From the NCBI GenBank assembly GCA_963785305.1, contig CAWAUV010000004.1:448001-512000 (forward strand): a DNA stretch of 64,000 bases, read 5' to 3'. The position numbers and the translations under genes were made by a program. The stretch's first letter is position 1. Each line of letters starts with the position of its first letter. The DNA comes from an uncultured Planctomycetaceae bacterium. Lineage in GTDB: Bacteria; Planctomycetota; Planctomycetia; Pirellulales; PALSA-1355. Below the pieces are notes generated by a model. The model made no database searches. It saw only the letters and a program-made list of their open reading frames with translations, and had not been told where the DNA came from. Positions 11,505 to 24,900 of this stretch are shown in pieces.

Positions 11505-12328
11505 TCAATCGCAACCAATACACGGCGAACGCTCGGCCGCGGCCAACTCGGCCGACCGGCGGGCGCCAGCAGCGCGAATCCAAAAACGCAAGTGACGAAG
11601 CGTCGCCCGCAGCACGCGCATCTTCGAGCGCCCCGCCCGGCGGGCATGCAGCACGGCCGGAAACTCGACGATCTTGCCGCCTTGCCGATCGAGCCGCCAC
11701 AGCAGCTCGACCACGCCGACGAAGCCGCGCTCCTCGACTCGGAGATCGACCACCGCCCGGCGGCGATAAACGCGCACACAACTGGTATAGGTATGCAGCT
11801 TATTGCGCATCAGGCCGCCATACAGCCTCGACGCCGTGCGCGAGAGGGCGAGCCGCCAGGGCGCCACGCCTTGCACGCCGCCTCGCGGATGATAGGGCGA
11901 GGCCACCACCAGATCGACATCGTCCGAGAGCAGCGCCGCCATCGGTTCGAGGATCGCAGGGTCGTATGTGCAATCGGCGTCGAGCGAGGCGACCACGTCG
12001 GTGCGCGCATGCCGCAAGCCGGTTTCAATCGCCGCCGCGATCCCGCGGTTGGTCTCGTGGCGGAGCACCCGCGCCTCGGGCCAGTCGCCGAAGCAGGTTT
12101 GCATCACGCTCAGGGTGTTGTCGGTGCTGCCGTCGTCGATCAGCAGAAATTCGACCATTCCGCGACCGGCGAACGTCGTGCGCAGCGCTCGAGCGAGCGG
12201 CGCAGTTCGGGAAGCGACTCGGCTTCGTTGCAGCACGGCGCCACGATCGTGATTCCCGGCGCTTCGTCATGCGAGGTGGTCGGCGCGGCGGTCGGTTGGT
12301 GTTCCAGGTTGGTCGGCGCTAAGGGCAT
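11505..12328 (-). CDS. GT2 glycosyltransferase (polyprenyl-phosphate/DPM1-ArnC-like)
   Basis: IVAPCCNE, IDDGSTDNT, NRGIAAA, SLDADCTYDP, VVASPYHPRG. Indel at ~12186. Confidence 0.85.
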
Positions 12329-12477
12329 CGAGCTGTCTCGGGACCGCGAATCAAAATCGACTTATCAAGGTTTCAAGGCGGACATTGGCTTCAGGTCGGG
12401 GCGATAGCGCGTCCGGGAGGCATCCGGCGCGGATGCGCCTGGAGGCCGCTCGCGAGGCGAATCGGAGAGCGGACGGT

Positions 12478-14030
12478 TCATCGCGGATGCGCGCGAGCCG
12501 TATCGCTCGCCCAGGCATATGCGGGACTCACGGCGTTTTTGGCGGGGGGCTCGACCACATGGCTCGGCCGCGGTTCGGCAGGCGCTCGGCGACGATCGCG
12601 TCGATGGGCGATGAGCCCCAGGCCCAGGCCCAACATCAGCGCCGCGGTCAGGCCCACCGCCAACGTGACCGCCGGCTTCGGGCTCACCGGCGTCAGGCAG
12701 AGCGTGGGCGCTTGAAGAATGCTGAGGCTTGAAATCTTCGCTTCTTCCAATTCTTGGTTGATGCGGGCTTGTTCAAGATTCTCCGAGTATTTTCGCGAGT
12801 TGGCTCGCGCAGGTCGATCTCGCGATCGAGGCGATTGACTTCGACCTCGATATCATTGAGCTTGCGAATCCCGGCGCCGGCGGCGGCGATTCGTTCGTCG
12901 AGCGATTGGAGCCGGGCTCCGACCGCCACCAGCGCCGCCTCGCGCTCCTGCACCGCCAACTCGGCCGCTTGATGGGTTTGATTGATGCCGGTTTTCACGG
13001 CCGGCGGCGCCTTTTCGAGCAGGTAGATTCGCCGCGCTTCGGCAAGTTGGTCCTGAATCTCGATCAGTTGCGGATGGTTCGTCGTGTAACGGGCCGAAAG
13101 CTCTTTTTCGCGAATCTCGAGGTCATACAACTTCTGCCGCAGCACCTGATCCGTCGAATGCGGCTGGCCCGTGGTTTGTTCGGTGACGCTCACCGCGGGA
13201 AATTCTCGCAGTTGTTGGCGGCGGCGCGTGAGCTCGGCTTCGATTGCGTCGCGTTCGCTGCGTGCTCGCGCGGCGTCGGCCTGTAGCGAGCCGATCATTT
13301 GCAGTTGCAAATCGCGCTGGGTGGCGAGCGCGGCGACTCCGCTTTCGTTTTTCAGCGCCCGCTGCCGTTCTTCGAGTTCGGTGAGATGTTGATTTTGCGA
13401 GTCGGCTTGGGCGATGAAAAATTCTTGGGATCCCTTCGTGCGATGCACGCGCAGATGCTCGTCGGACACGAACGCCATGAGCGATTGGAGCATTCGTTGG
13501 GCAAGTTCGGGATCGTCGCATTCGTAGCTCACGCTCACGACATTCGTCTTGGCGCCGGCCGAGACCTTGAGGCTCTCTTGAAAAGCCCTCACCGCCTTGT
13601 CGCGCAGGCTATACACGCGAAACGGATTCAAGTTCAAATGATTGAGCCCCGAGAAGCGCTCGTCGAGCCGCAGACCCGAGCGGCCTGGAGTCTTTTGCAA
13701 GATCACATCCTCGCCGAATTCATCGACCATGTGTTCGGCGAGCGGCCGGCTGGTAAGCATTTCTTCGATCGCAAAGAGTTCGCTCCCGCGCGAGTCGGCC
13801 ACCGCCATGAGCGGTCCGGTGGCCGCCGTGGGGTCGAGGCTCACGGTTTCACGACCGACGCGCAGGAATATCTTGGCTTCCGACTGATACTTGCGCGGCG
13901 CGAGCGAGAAGTAAGCGAGCGTGAGCGCGATGCCGACCGCGAATCCGAGAAACAGCACCGCCTTGTGACGCAGCGCGATTTCCAGCGGGCCGGGAGCATC
14001 GTCGTGCCGCGCGTCTAGTAAACTTTGCAT
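12478..14030 (-). CDS. GumC/Wzc-type polysaccharide chain-length determinant (no kinase domain)
   Basis: N-terminal TM then YQSEAKI, long coiled coil, YTTNHPQL, PVSPKP and a C-terminal TM. Indel at ~12808. Confidence 0.8.
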
Positions 14031-14665
14031 ACGACCCTTGCTTTTCGAAGTCCGCGTACGATCCGTCCGTGGAACCATGATTCTTCGCGGCACTCGAGAA
14101 TTCAATCCCCAAAATGGATAAAACAGAAGTCATGCACCTCGAAGGCGCCTGTTTTTTAGCGGCTTTTTTAATTTTTCCACGCCCTTGGCCGAGTCCTTGA
14201 CCGAGCTCATATCCGATCGAAGCGGCGAAGCGCAAAAGCACCGCACTCGACGCGGCGCCATGCGAACCAGAGCGACATAAAAGGTCCCATTTTGCGGCGC
14301 GCTCGGCTCAGAATAAGACATTTGCCGCGTCGAAGGCATGCGGCCAAGATGGCGATTGGCGTTGATTGGGGGGGCATGGGCGAAAAGGCTCCACGCGGTC
14401 GAACGGCATTCAAGTAACTCCGTCGGTTTCATGCGCTGTTCTGCTTTCGAACGTAGCTGCGCGGAACCTAGCCGCGACACGCCCGACGCGCTGGCGCCGC
14501 CGGTGGCGCGTAAGGCGAGCGAGGCCCAAAAACCGTTCGACGACACGCCTTATGCAAACTCGGCGCCAGAGTGGCGTTCGCGGCGCGGCCAGTTGAATAT
14601 TTCAACAGGGTAATAGACCGCCCTCGCAGGATCGCGGCGAGCTACGTGGCCGAGCCCGCTTGCGT

Positions 14666-15358
14666 TCAGCGCATGTGATAAGCGCGATAGATCGGCGCGG
14701 CGCCCGAGATAAGTGGCGGGAAGCACCTTTGCCGCTCGAGGGCAAATTGCTTGGCAAGAGCCGGAACCAAGCGCTCGCGTCGCTGTGCGTAGTCGTCGCG
14801 CGCGCTGGCCCCGGTCCACATTCGCAAAGCCGCGTCGAGCAGCGGAGAACTGGCCGGACTCACGAACACGAGCCGGCCCCCGGGCCGCAGCACCCGGCGC
14901 AGCTCGAGCGCGGCGGCGTCGATATCGTCGATGAATTCCAGACTGCTCACGCCAACCAGGCAATCGAAGTATCCATCGGCATGGGGCAGCGCCGCGGCCG
15001 AGGCCCGGATCAGTTGGGCCGCGACGCCCGCCGCGGCCAGTCGCTCGGTGACCTCGAGCGAATATTCGTGAACATCGGCGCCGTGCAGTTCGCGACAGTG
15101 CCGGGAGAGCTCGGGCATGAACACGCCACTGCCATAGCCCACCTCGAGCAGCCGGTCGACCGGCGCCGAGGGCAATAGCGAGCGCACCAGCGAAAACCGC
15201 CGGCGCTGCAACCAGCCGAGCACGAAGCGATAGTTCCAGTCGGCGTGGTCGACCGGCCCGGTGCGAATCAATTCGGCGGGGGCAAGCAGGCGAGCCCGAG
15301 CGGCCATGGTGTCGAGGCGCCCTTTTTTTGCGAGGTTGTCAGGCGAATGAATCGTCAA
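14666..15358 (-). CDS. Class I SAM-dependent methyltransferase
   Basis: LLEVGYGSG, GADVH, LPHADGYFD, LEF and RVLRPGG. Alternative start ATG at 15307. Confidence 0.85.
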   Translation of the reverse strand: MTIHSPDNLAKKGRLDTMAARARLLAPAELIRTGPVDHADWNYRFVLGWLQRRRFSLVRSLLPSAPVDRLLEVGYGSGVFMPELSRHCRELHGADVHEYSLEVTERLAAAGVAAQLIRASAAALPHADGYFDCLVGVSSLEFIDDIDAAALELRRVLRPGGRLVFVSPASSPLLDAALRMWTGASARDDYAQRRERLVPALAKQFALERQRCFPPLISGAAPIYRAYHMR

Positions 15359-15468
15359 GGAGTAAGGACCGCGGGGCGGGTCTATCGTAAGCAGCGGCGC
15401 GGGCGGCGAACACCCCGTGAAGCGATTGCTGAAAAAATATATGAAATACGATCAAAGTAAAAAAATGG

Positions 15469-15497
15469 TTGACAATGCGGGTAACCGCAGTTATGCT
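15469..15497 (+). promoter_or_regulatory. sigma70-type promoter TTGACA-17-TATGCT with upstream A/T-rich tract
   Basis: Read directly; points toward the giant surface-protein gene. Confidence 0.7.
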
Positions 15498-15987
15498 CCA
15501 CCCAACCGCTAGATACGGACTTGCACGCGTGGTGTGATTCCGCGTTTGTAGCGGATAGCCGCCAGGATCGAACGATTTCCGAGGCTATTGCTCTCGACTT
15601 CGTAATGTCTTGTGCGGTAAATCCCGTCATTTCGATCCGATTGACCATTTTGTTGGTGGGGAACCGCTCGGCGGGTTCCGGTGTTCGCGGCGCCGCCTTT
15701 TCGATTTTGCGGCGCCGGCGCTCGCTTCATTTTTGGCTCTCGATTGTCGCAGTGGATCGCAGTTTTGCGGTCAGTTCACGTTCAATACTCTCGTCTCGAC
15801 ACTCGCTATGACTTGGATGCCGGCGCTCGATTGCTCCGGTCCGAATCGCTCCGACCGTGATTCCGCAAATATTCGATCGCTTCGCTGAATCGCGGCGGTA
15901 ACAAGGGAAACCAACTCATGTCGCAGCACCGCTTCCGCGGAATGTCAGCCATGGCGCTCTCACGCAATTCCCTCGCCCGCTCCGGCG

Positions 15988-18900
15988 ATGTGGTTTCATG
16001 CGGCTCGCCGCGGCCGCTGGTACTGCCTTGCAAAGGCGCTGCGCGGCGCCGGGCTAGTCGTGTTCTTGCTCGCGGTGGTCGCCGCAAGCGTTCTTGCCGA
16101 TCGCCGCGCCGAGGCCCAAACCTGGAGCGGCACGACCAGTGGCACATGGAGCGTCGTGGGCGCGGGAGGCAACTGGTCGAACTCGGCCAGCTATCCCGGC
16201 TCGACGAGTGGAACCACCAACGGCAATACGGCGCTCTTCAACAACGCCGGCAATACCTTCACGACGATCTATCTCGACAATACTTATAATGTCGGGAATT
16301 TCACGTTCGACACCGCCGCCGCCGCCTACACGATTGGCGGCGTTACGTCGCCCGGCGGACCGAGCACCGCCGGCGCCGGCAATTCCCTGCTGCTGACCAA
16401 CAACGGCACGATTCAGCTCACCTCCGGACTCGTCGGCAGCGGTCTCACCGAGCTCTTCAACGCTCCGATCGTGCTCGAACCCTCATCGGGGACCGCGGCC
16501 GGCGCCTATACTTTTACAAACAATTCCTCGACGGCGCTCAACGATATCCTCGATTTCGCGGGCCCGATCTCCGGCGGCACGACGACGAACACCGTCACGC
16601 TCAATCTCAACGGCACGAGCGGCAGCGGCAATATCATCAGCGGAGCGATCTCGAATGGCGCCGCGTCCTCCGTGGCCGTCACGCTCAACAATTCGGGAAC
16701 ATGGACCTTCTCCGGCGCGAATACCTACACCGGCGCCACGACGATCACCAACGGCACGCTCGATGTCTCTGGCTCCCTCGGCGCGACGACGGTCAATCTG
16801 AACAACAGCACCAGCCAATTGAATGTGCTAAGCGGCTCGCTCACCGGATCGACGGTCAATGTCAACAGCGGCGGGTTCGCATTGGATGGATCGCTGACGA
16901 ACACCGCGGTCAAGGTCGTCAACGGCACATTCATCGAAACAGCCGCCAGCACCATCGGCGGTAGTTCGTCGCTGTATTTCATCAATCCCAACGCCACGGT
17001 CACGCTCCAGGGAACGAACACCTACACCGGCTCGACCACGGTCGCGGCGGGCACACTGATCCTGAGCACGCCGCTCGCCAGTTCGGCGGTCATCGTCGAT
17101 AGCGGCGCCACGCTCACGCTTCCCGCCGCCAATGCGATCACCGGCGCCTCGAGCCTCACGACCAATGGCGGCAGCATCACGTTCAGCTACTCCAACAATT
17201 ATACCGGCGCCACAAGTCTGCTCGGCGGCTCGATGTATTTGAACATTCCCAACGCGATTCCCGCGGGCCCGACGCTCACGATCGGAGTCAACTCGAACTA
17301 CGGCGTCGATCTCGACAATTCCTCCGGCGCCCCGGTCACGCTCACCAGCAACAATGCGATCACCGTGGCCAGCAGAGTCAGCTTCGGCGGCACGAACAGC
17401 CTCGACATGGGATCGGGCGCCGTGAACCTCAACGGCTCCGACACCTTTACGCTCATCGGCAACAATTCCAACACGCTCTCCTTCGATGGCCAAGTGAGCA
17501 GCAGCACCGGAGCGGTCACCACCACGGTCAACAATCTGGCCGGAGTCGTCGGAGAGACGCTCAACTTCGGCAGCTTCTCGGTCGCGGGCAATGTCGACTC
17601 GTTTAACGGCAGCGGCAACCTCAATATCGCGAATGGCGTCACCGGCACATCGGGCGGCCTCACCTATTCGGGTTCGGGAGTGATGTCGATCTCGGGCGCG
17701 AGTAGCTATTCCGGCACGACCCAATTAACGGGCGCGGGCACTTTGATTTTCAATAGTCCCCTAACGAGCGGCGCCGTGACCGCCTCGAACGGCGTGTTCT
17801 ACACTTCCAGCAGCGCCTCGATCACCGCGCCCTCGCTGACCGAATCCGGCGGCGCGGGCATGGTGCTCAACGCCGCGAACACGATCTCGACCAGCACGAC
17901 GCTTTCGGGCGGCACGCTATTTCTGAACAACGCCGGCGCGCTCGGCGGCGGCGGTACCCTCACGATTTCCGGCGGCACGGTCGACAACACGAGCGGTCCG
18001 ATCAATAACCCGGTCGCCAATGCGATCGTGCTTAGTTCGGCGAACGCCCTGACGATCAGCAACAATTTCAATTTCGGCGGCTCCGGCAGTCTGACGATTC
18101 CCGATGCCTTTACGATTCCCGCGAAAACCGTCACGCTCAACGCCGCGAACGCCAACACCCTCACGCTGGGCGGCGCGATGACTCTTTCGGGCAACACGAC
18201 GTTGAGCGTGAACAACGGGACCGGCTACGCGGGCGAGACCCTCGTGCTCTCCGGCAACGAAACTCCCACGACCAATGCCATCACGTTCGGCGTTAACGGA
18301 AGCGGCAACGTCACGATCTCGGGCGGCCTCGAATCGATCTCGGGCACTTCGACCAATTCGGCGTTTACGTATTCCGGCACCGGAACGCTCGTGATGAGCG
18401 GGGCCAGCAACAATGGCGGCTCGACTCAGTTCAACAACGGCACGACGATCCTCACCGGATCGCTCGGAAATCTCTACCCCTCGAGCCTCTCCAGCGGCGG
18501 GGCGGCGGTCTATGATCAGAACTCGATCTTCAACGAGACCGGAACCGGGTCGATCCTGAACGCTTCTACTTTCACGGTGCAAAATTTCGGGGCGGTGGCG
18601 ACTCTCAGCGGCGCCAACTCCTACACGGGCGCGACCACGGTCAACTACGCGCAGCTCAACCTCGACTTCTCGCAGTCCGGCGCACCAACGACCAATATCC
18701 TCTACAATGGCGTCACCGCCGCCACCTTCAATATGACCGATGGCGTGGTCAATATCATCGGCGCTCCCGGCGGGGCCAATTCCCAAGCGTTCGGGACCGT
18801 TGCCCTGGGTAGCAACACGAGCTCGACGATTTCGCTCATTCAAAACGGCGCGACGAGCATCGCCCTCAACTTCGCGGGCCTTACCCGCAATACTCAAACC

Positions 18901-21900
18901 ACGCTCGATTTCACGATTCCCTCGGCCGATACGGTGACCACCACCGCCGTGGCCGACACGACCAATGGCATCTTGACCAATGGGGCCAACGGGGCCGCTT
19001 TCGTCACCTTCGGCGGCGGGGCCACCTGGGCCACCAATACGAGCGGGACCATCGGCGGACTCGCGAGCTATGCGACCGGCGTCGCGAACTACACCGCCAC
19101 CAACAATATCGACGTCACTGGCGGCGACGCTCCCGCCGCCAGTAGCACGGTCAACTCCCTCCGCTTCGACTCGCTCGCCGCCGGTGGAACCCTCACCCTC
19201 AGCGGCGCCGCGAACATCATCGGAACCGGCGGCATTCTGGTCACCGCGAATACCCTGGGCAACGCCGCCACGATCACCGGCGGATCGATCGCTCCCGGAA
19301 CGGGCGGCAAGGAAATCGTGGTCATCGACTACGGCGCACTCAATATCGCCTCGAACATCGTCAACAATGGATCGAACGCCACGGCCCTCACGATCGCCGG
19401 CCCGGGACTCACCACGCTCTCCGGCGCCAACACATATACCGGCGCCACGAGCGTCGACGCTGGCGCGGCGCTCGTGCTCTCCGGATCGATGACGAACAAC
19501 GGCAGCACGACCGTCTACACGAGCGCCACGTTCATCGAAACCACGACCGGCTCGATCAGCGCCGGCAATATCACGGAAAACGGCAACTATTCACAGTTGG
19601 TTCTCAATGGCGCGAACACCACGACCGGCAATGTCACCGCCGACAGCGGCGACATGCAATTAACGAATCTAGCGACCAACGTGCAAAACGCGACTTTGCA
19701 ACTCAACGGCGGAACCGTGCAGTTGATGGCCGACTCGAGCTCGATGCTCGTCGACGCCGCCACGCAGCTCACCAACAACGCGACGGTCGACGTCGGCCAC
19801 TTTACCGCCGGCAATACCGGAAACACGCTCACGATTCCAAGTATCGTGCAAACGGGCGCTGCGCGCGCACGCTCACGCTTTTGAATCTCGCGGGCGATGG
19901 TTACGGTCTCGCGATCAGTTCGTTGGGGCTTTCAACGACGGGCGGCACGGGCGAGACAACCGCCGTGACCGCGAACACCGTGGTCACGATCGGCGCGGTG
20001 ACCAACCCGATGACGAGCTTCGCCTCGAATCAATACGACAATCTGCAATTGCAAGGGAGCTATGCGGCCATCGGAGGCACGGTCACCGGCGTGATCTCGG
20101 ACTCGGCCACCGGCGGCATTTATAGCGGCGGTTATACCCAAGTCACCATGCAGAACGGTTACTGGACCCTCGGCGGCGCCAACACCTACACCGGCAACAC
20201 GATCCTCAACGGCGGTCAACTCGCGCTCACCTCGACCGGCACGCTCGGCATTCAGACCTCGCCGGGCGTGTTGCAGTTCAACGGCGGCGGCCTCGACACC
20301 GCCGGCAACACGATCGCCAACGCGGTCACGCTCACCAGCAACATGAACCTTGGCGGAGTCGGCGCGACTTTCAACGGAATGGTGACGCTCTCCAACAATA
20401 ACTATGTGCTGGGCGACAATGCCTCGGGCGTCACCACTTTGGCTGGCGGCGTCACGCTCAACAACTACACGCTCACCCCCGAGTCCTCGGGCTCCATCAC
20501 GATTTCAGGATCAATATCGGGCTCGGGCGGACTCACGCTCGACAACACGGGTGTCATGACCCTTTCGGGCAACAATTCCTATAACGGCGCAACCAACCTG
20601 AATTCCGGCACGCTGGCGCTGAATAGCGGGGGCGCGCTCGGCTACGGAACTTTGAGCATCGGCGCCGCCACGCTCGACAATACCAGCGGCGCTCCGGTGA
20701 CGGAGTACAACAATCCGGCGGTCACGATCAACGGCAACTTCAATTTCGGCGGCTCGAACAGTTTGAATTTGGGAACCGGCAATGTAACTATAAATAACGC
20801 TCCCAATAATGTTACGCAGCACGTCATTAATCTCGATGGCGACAACGCGAACACGCTGACCCTCGGCGGAACCTACACTCAAGGCGGGAGTTTCACGCTG
20901 ACGGTCAACAATGGCCCCGACGCCGCGGGCGAATCGCTGGTCTTCGGCTCGACGGGCTACAATTTCAATCTCTCGAACAGCGGCACGGGATACACCGCGA
21001 CCTTCGCCGGCAATGGCAACGTCACGATCAACAGCAGTATCGTGAATAGCAACGGCGGTTCGCCGAATCGCGCCCTCGCCTACTCCGGTTTTGGCACGCT
21101 CTCGCTCACCGGATACAACAGTTATTCGGGCTCCACCACGATCTCGAACGGCGCCGTCGATCTCCTGTCGGGCTCGATCTCCGCGAGCTCGCTCACGGTC
21201 AACGCCGGCGGAAGTTTCGTTGAGTCGTTGGGCGCCGGCTACGGCAGCACGAATCAATCGATCACGATTCGCGGCGGCGCCGTAACGCTCGGTGGAACAA
21301 ACAACTCGTACACCGGCAATACCGCGATGTACTACGGCTCGCTCACCTATCAGATGGGTTCGAGCTCGCCCTTTGCCGGCGGGCAATTCGGATCCACGAC
21401 CTCGACCCAATATCTGGGCGGCACTTTCACCGTGTTGGGAACCAACAACAATAGCTACAACGACACTCAAATCATCACCAACACGCAACTCCTCGCCAAT
21501 ACCAGCAGCCAGATCATCGCCAATCAAAATGGCGACAATAGTCTCTATCTGACATTCACGAACTTCACCCGCAACGGCGAAACCACGGTCGACTTCACGC
21601 TGCCGGCAACAACAGGCACGATCACGATGCCCACCTCGCTTTCCGATGGCGCCACCAAGGGCAATATCCTGACCGCCGGCACGAACGGCGTCGCTTTCGC
21701 CACCGTGGGCGGCCAAACCTGGGCCACGAATAGCGCCACGGGCGTCGTCGGCGCCCTTCCCGACGCGAGCTATGCCACCGGCGCCGCGAACTATACCACC
21801 AACAACAATATCGACGTCGGCGCCGGCGGCTCGCCCGACTCGCTGTCGAGCAATTTCACCGTCAATACGCTCCGCTTCAACACTCCCGGCGCCGACGCAA

Positions 21901-24900
21901 CGCTCACGCTCGGGAGCGCCGTGGTTGGCAATATTTACACCGGCGGTATTCTGGTCACATCGAACGCCGGCGCCGCCACGATCTCCGGCGGCACGCTCAA
22001 GCCAAACGCCAACGAATTCGAAATCATCAACAATGGCTCGCTCACCATCAATTCCGTACTTGCGAATAACGGCACATCCAATGTGGTGATCGCCAGCCCC
22101 AATGGCCAGGGCGTCACGACGCTCGCCGGCGCCAACACCTACACGGGTGAAACCTCCGTTGATACGAGCGCCACGCTGGTGCTCACCGGCTCGATTACAA
22201 ACAACGGTAGCGTCGTCGTGGCGCCATACGCCAACTTCTTCGAAACCTCGACTGGCTCGATCTCCGGAACCAGCGGCCTCACGCTGCAAAACGGCGCCGG
22301 ACAGGTCATTCTCGCCGGGGCGAACACCTTTACCGGCGCCACCAACCTCGCCGGCGGCTCCTTGATGCTCGAAAACGCCAACGCCCTTCAAAATTCGACC
22401 CTCACGTTCAATTCAGGCAACCTCGAGCTCCGCGCCGATGCGAACACCACCTTCGCCAATCCTGGCATCGTCGTGACCGGAACCACGACAATCGACGCCG
22501 GCTCGCTCACCTCGTCCGGCGGAAACAACACGTTGACGCTCGGTTCGGTGGCGATTGGCAACACCACGGGATATACACTCACGATCACCAACTCGACGAA
22601 CAACGGCGATGGCGTCGGCATCGGCACGTTTGGAACCGCGCTCACCAGTGGCCAGACCACGACATTCGTCGCCGACGCACCCTAACGATCGGGGCCATCG
22701 TGAATCAGCAGTCGGGCGGAACAGGCATTTATACCGCGGGTAACTACAGCACCATGGCGATCGAAGGCACGGTCGGCGGCTCGGTGACCGGCGTCATCTC
22801 CGACTCGATCGGCGGCGGCGCCCTGAACGGCCGCGGCGGGTACACTCCCATCACGGTCTACGCCGGCCAGTGGACCCTTTCGGGCAACAATACCTATTCG
22901 GCGCGACGGCGGTCGTCGGCGGAACGCTCACGCTCGACTCTCCGGTCAGCGCGACCACCAATTACATTCAAGTCAACGGCACGGTCGCCGAATTGAATAT
23001 CAATTCGGCAGGCGCTGGGCGCGAGCCCGCTGTATCTGAACAATGGCATTTTGGACAATACGAGCGGGTCCGATGTCACGATCACCACGGGCAACGCGGT
23101 CACTTTCGCGGGCGGAACGCACGTCTTCGGCGGCTCCGGAAACCTGAACATGGCCAATAGCCCTGTCTATTCCTACGGAGGAAATACGTTTACGCTGAAT
23201 AGCTCCGGTTCGGCCACGGCGGTCAGTCTCACCTTTGGCGCCGTGACGAATTATTCGCCCACGGCTCAAACGCTGACCGTGAACAACGCCTACAGCGGCG
23301 CGGTCGACACGCTGGTGCTCGGCGGCTACAACCTCGCGTCGGGCAATGCGCCGCTCAACGATATCTTTACCGGCAGTGGAAACATCACCATCAATGGGCC
23401 GATCACGGGTAGCAACGCCGCCGGCGAGGGCGCCATCGCCAGCGACCTGACCTATACCGGCACGGGAACCCTGACGATGGCCGCCGCCAACACCTACTCC
23501 GGCATGACCGTGGTGGAATATGGCGGCGCGGTGAATCTCGACTTCTCGCAAGCGACCTCGCCGACCTCGAATATCATCAGTTCGAGCTCGAACCTTTCGC
23601 TCGTGGGCAGTTCGCTCAGCGCCATCGCCGGCAGCGCCGCCAGCACGGCCTATTCACAAACCTTCGCCAGCGCCACGCTCGGCCAAGGCGGAAGCACGAT
23701 CTCGGCTTCCACCGCCGGGGGCGCGGGAAGTTCGATGGTCGTAAATCTGGGCATGTTGAACCGCGTGATCAATGGGGCCACGGTCAACTTCGCCCTGCCC
23801 TCGGGAGTCCAAAACGCCACGAACGGCATCACCACGACCGCGACGAACAATGTCTCCGGCATTCTCGGTGGCTGGGCGACGGTGGGCGGGGACTGGGCCA
23901 CGGTAAACGCCGGCGGCAATATCGTCGCCTACAGTGGTTACACCCCGTTTGTCGCCCAAGGCGGCTCCTCGAGCGTTAATTATGCCGAAAGCGGTTCGGC
24001 TTCGCTGGCGATCTCGGAAAACATGAATTCGCTCCAGATCACCGACACGGGCGCGGGTCAGTCACTCAACCTGGGCGCCAACAACTTGACCTTTTCCGGC
24101 AATCAAGGCGGATTGCTCTATGCCGGCGGAACCAGCGGCTCGTTTACCATCAATGGAACCGGTTACATCGGCGGCGGGCTCAATGGCGGCGTGTACCAAG
24201 AATTCATCGCCACGGTGACTTCGGGCGCCACGCTCGACATCAACGCCCCCCTGATCGGTTTCGACTCCGGCGGCAGCTTCACCAAGGGTGGCGCGGGAAC
24301 GCTCGTCGTCGGCGGCGAAAGCACCTATACCAATGGAACCTATGTCGCCGCCGGAACACTGCAACTGGGAACATCGAGCAGCCCGCTCGGCTCGGGCACG
24401 GTCTACGTGATGGGCTCCAGCGTGCTCGATCTCAATGGCCAAACGCTCAACAACACCATCAACCTCTATAGCAACGGGCCCATGATCAATGGTCAAGGCG
24501 CCGGAGGCATCATCAACTCGAACTCCACCACCACCGCCACGCTCTATGGCACGCTGGTCAGTTCCTATTCGCTCACCACGATCGGCGGCGCCGGCAACAT
24601 CATCGCTGAAGGCGCCCTGCAAAATCAGATCATCAAGGTCGGCGCGGGCACATTGACCTTGGCCGGTCCCACGGACAACGGCAATCTCACTCTCACGGTC
24701 AACGGCGGCACGGTCGTCTTGGCCAAGTCGGGCGGCGCCGGCGAATATCAAGCGATCGGCGGCAATGGCATGGTCATCAACAACGGCCTCGTGCAGTTCA
24801 GCGCCACCAGCAACAGCGGCAACGAAATCTACGATTCGGCCCCCACCACGATCAACCCGCAAGGCACGCTCGACTACAACGGCCAAAGCGAAACCCAGGG

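Noticed and set aside
9202..11781. Aminotransferase-dehydrogenase fusion (859 aa)
   Set aside because: Artefact of the indel at ~10592; the true aminotransferase tail is in frame 10218-10520 and ends at an ATGA overlap.
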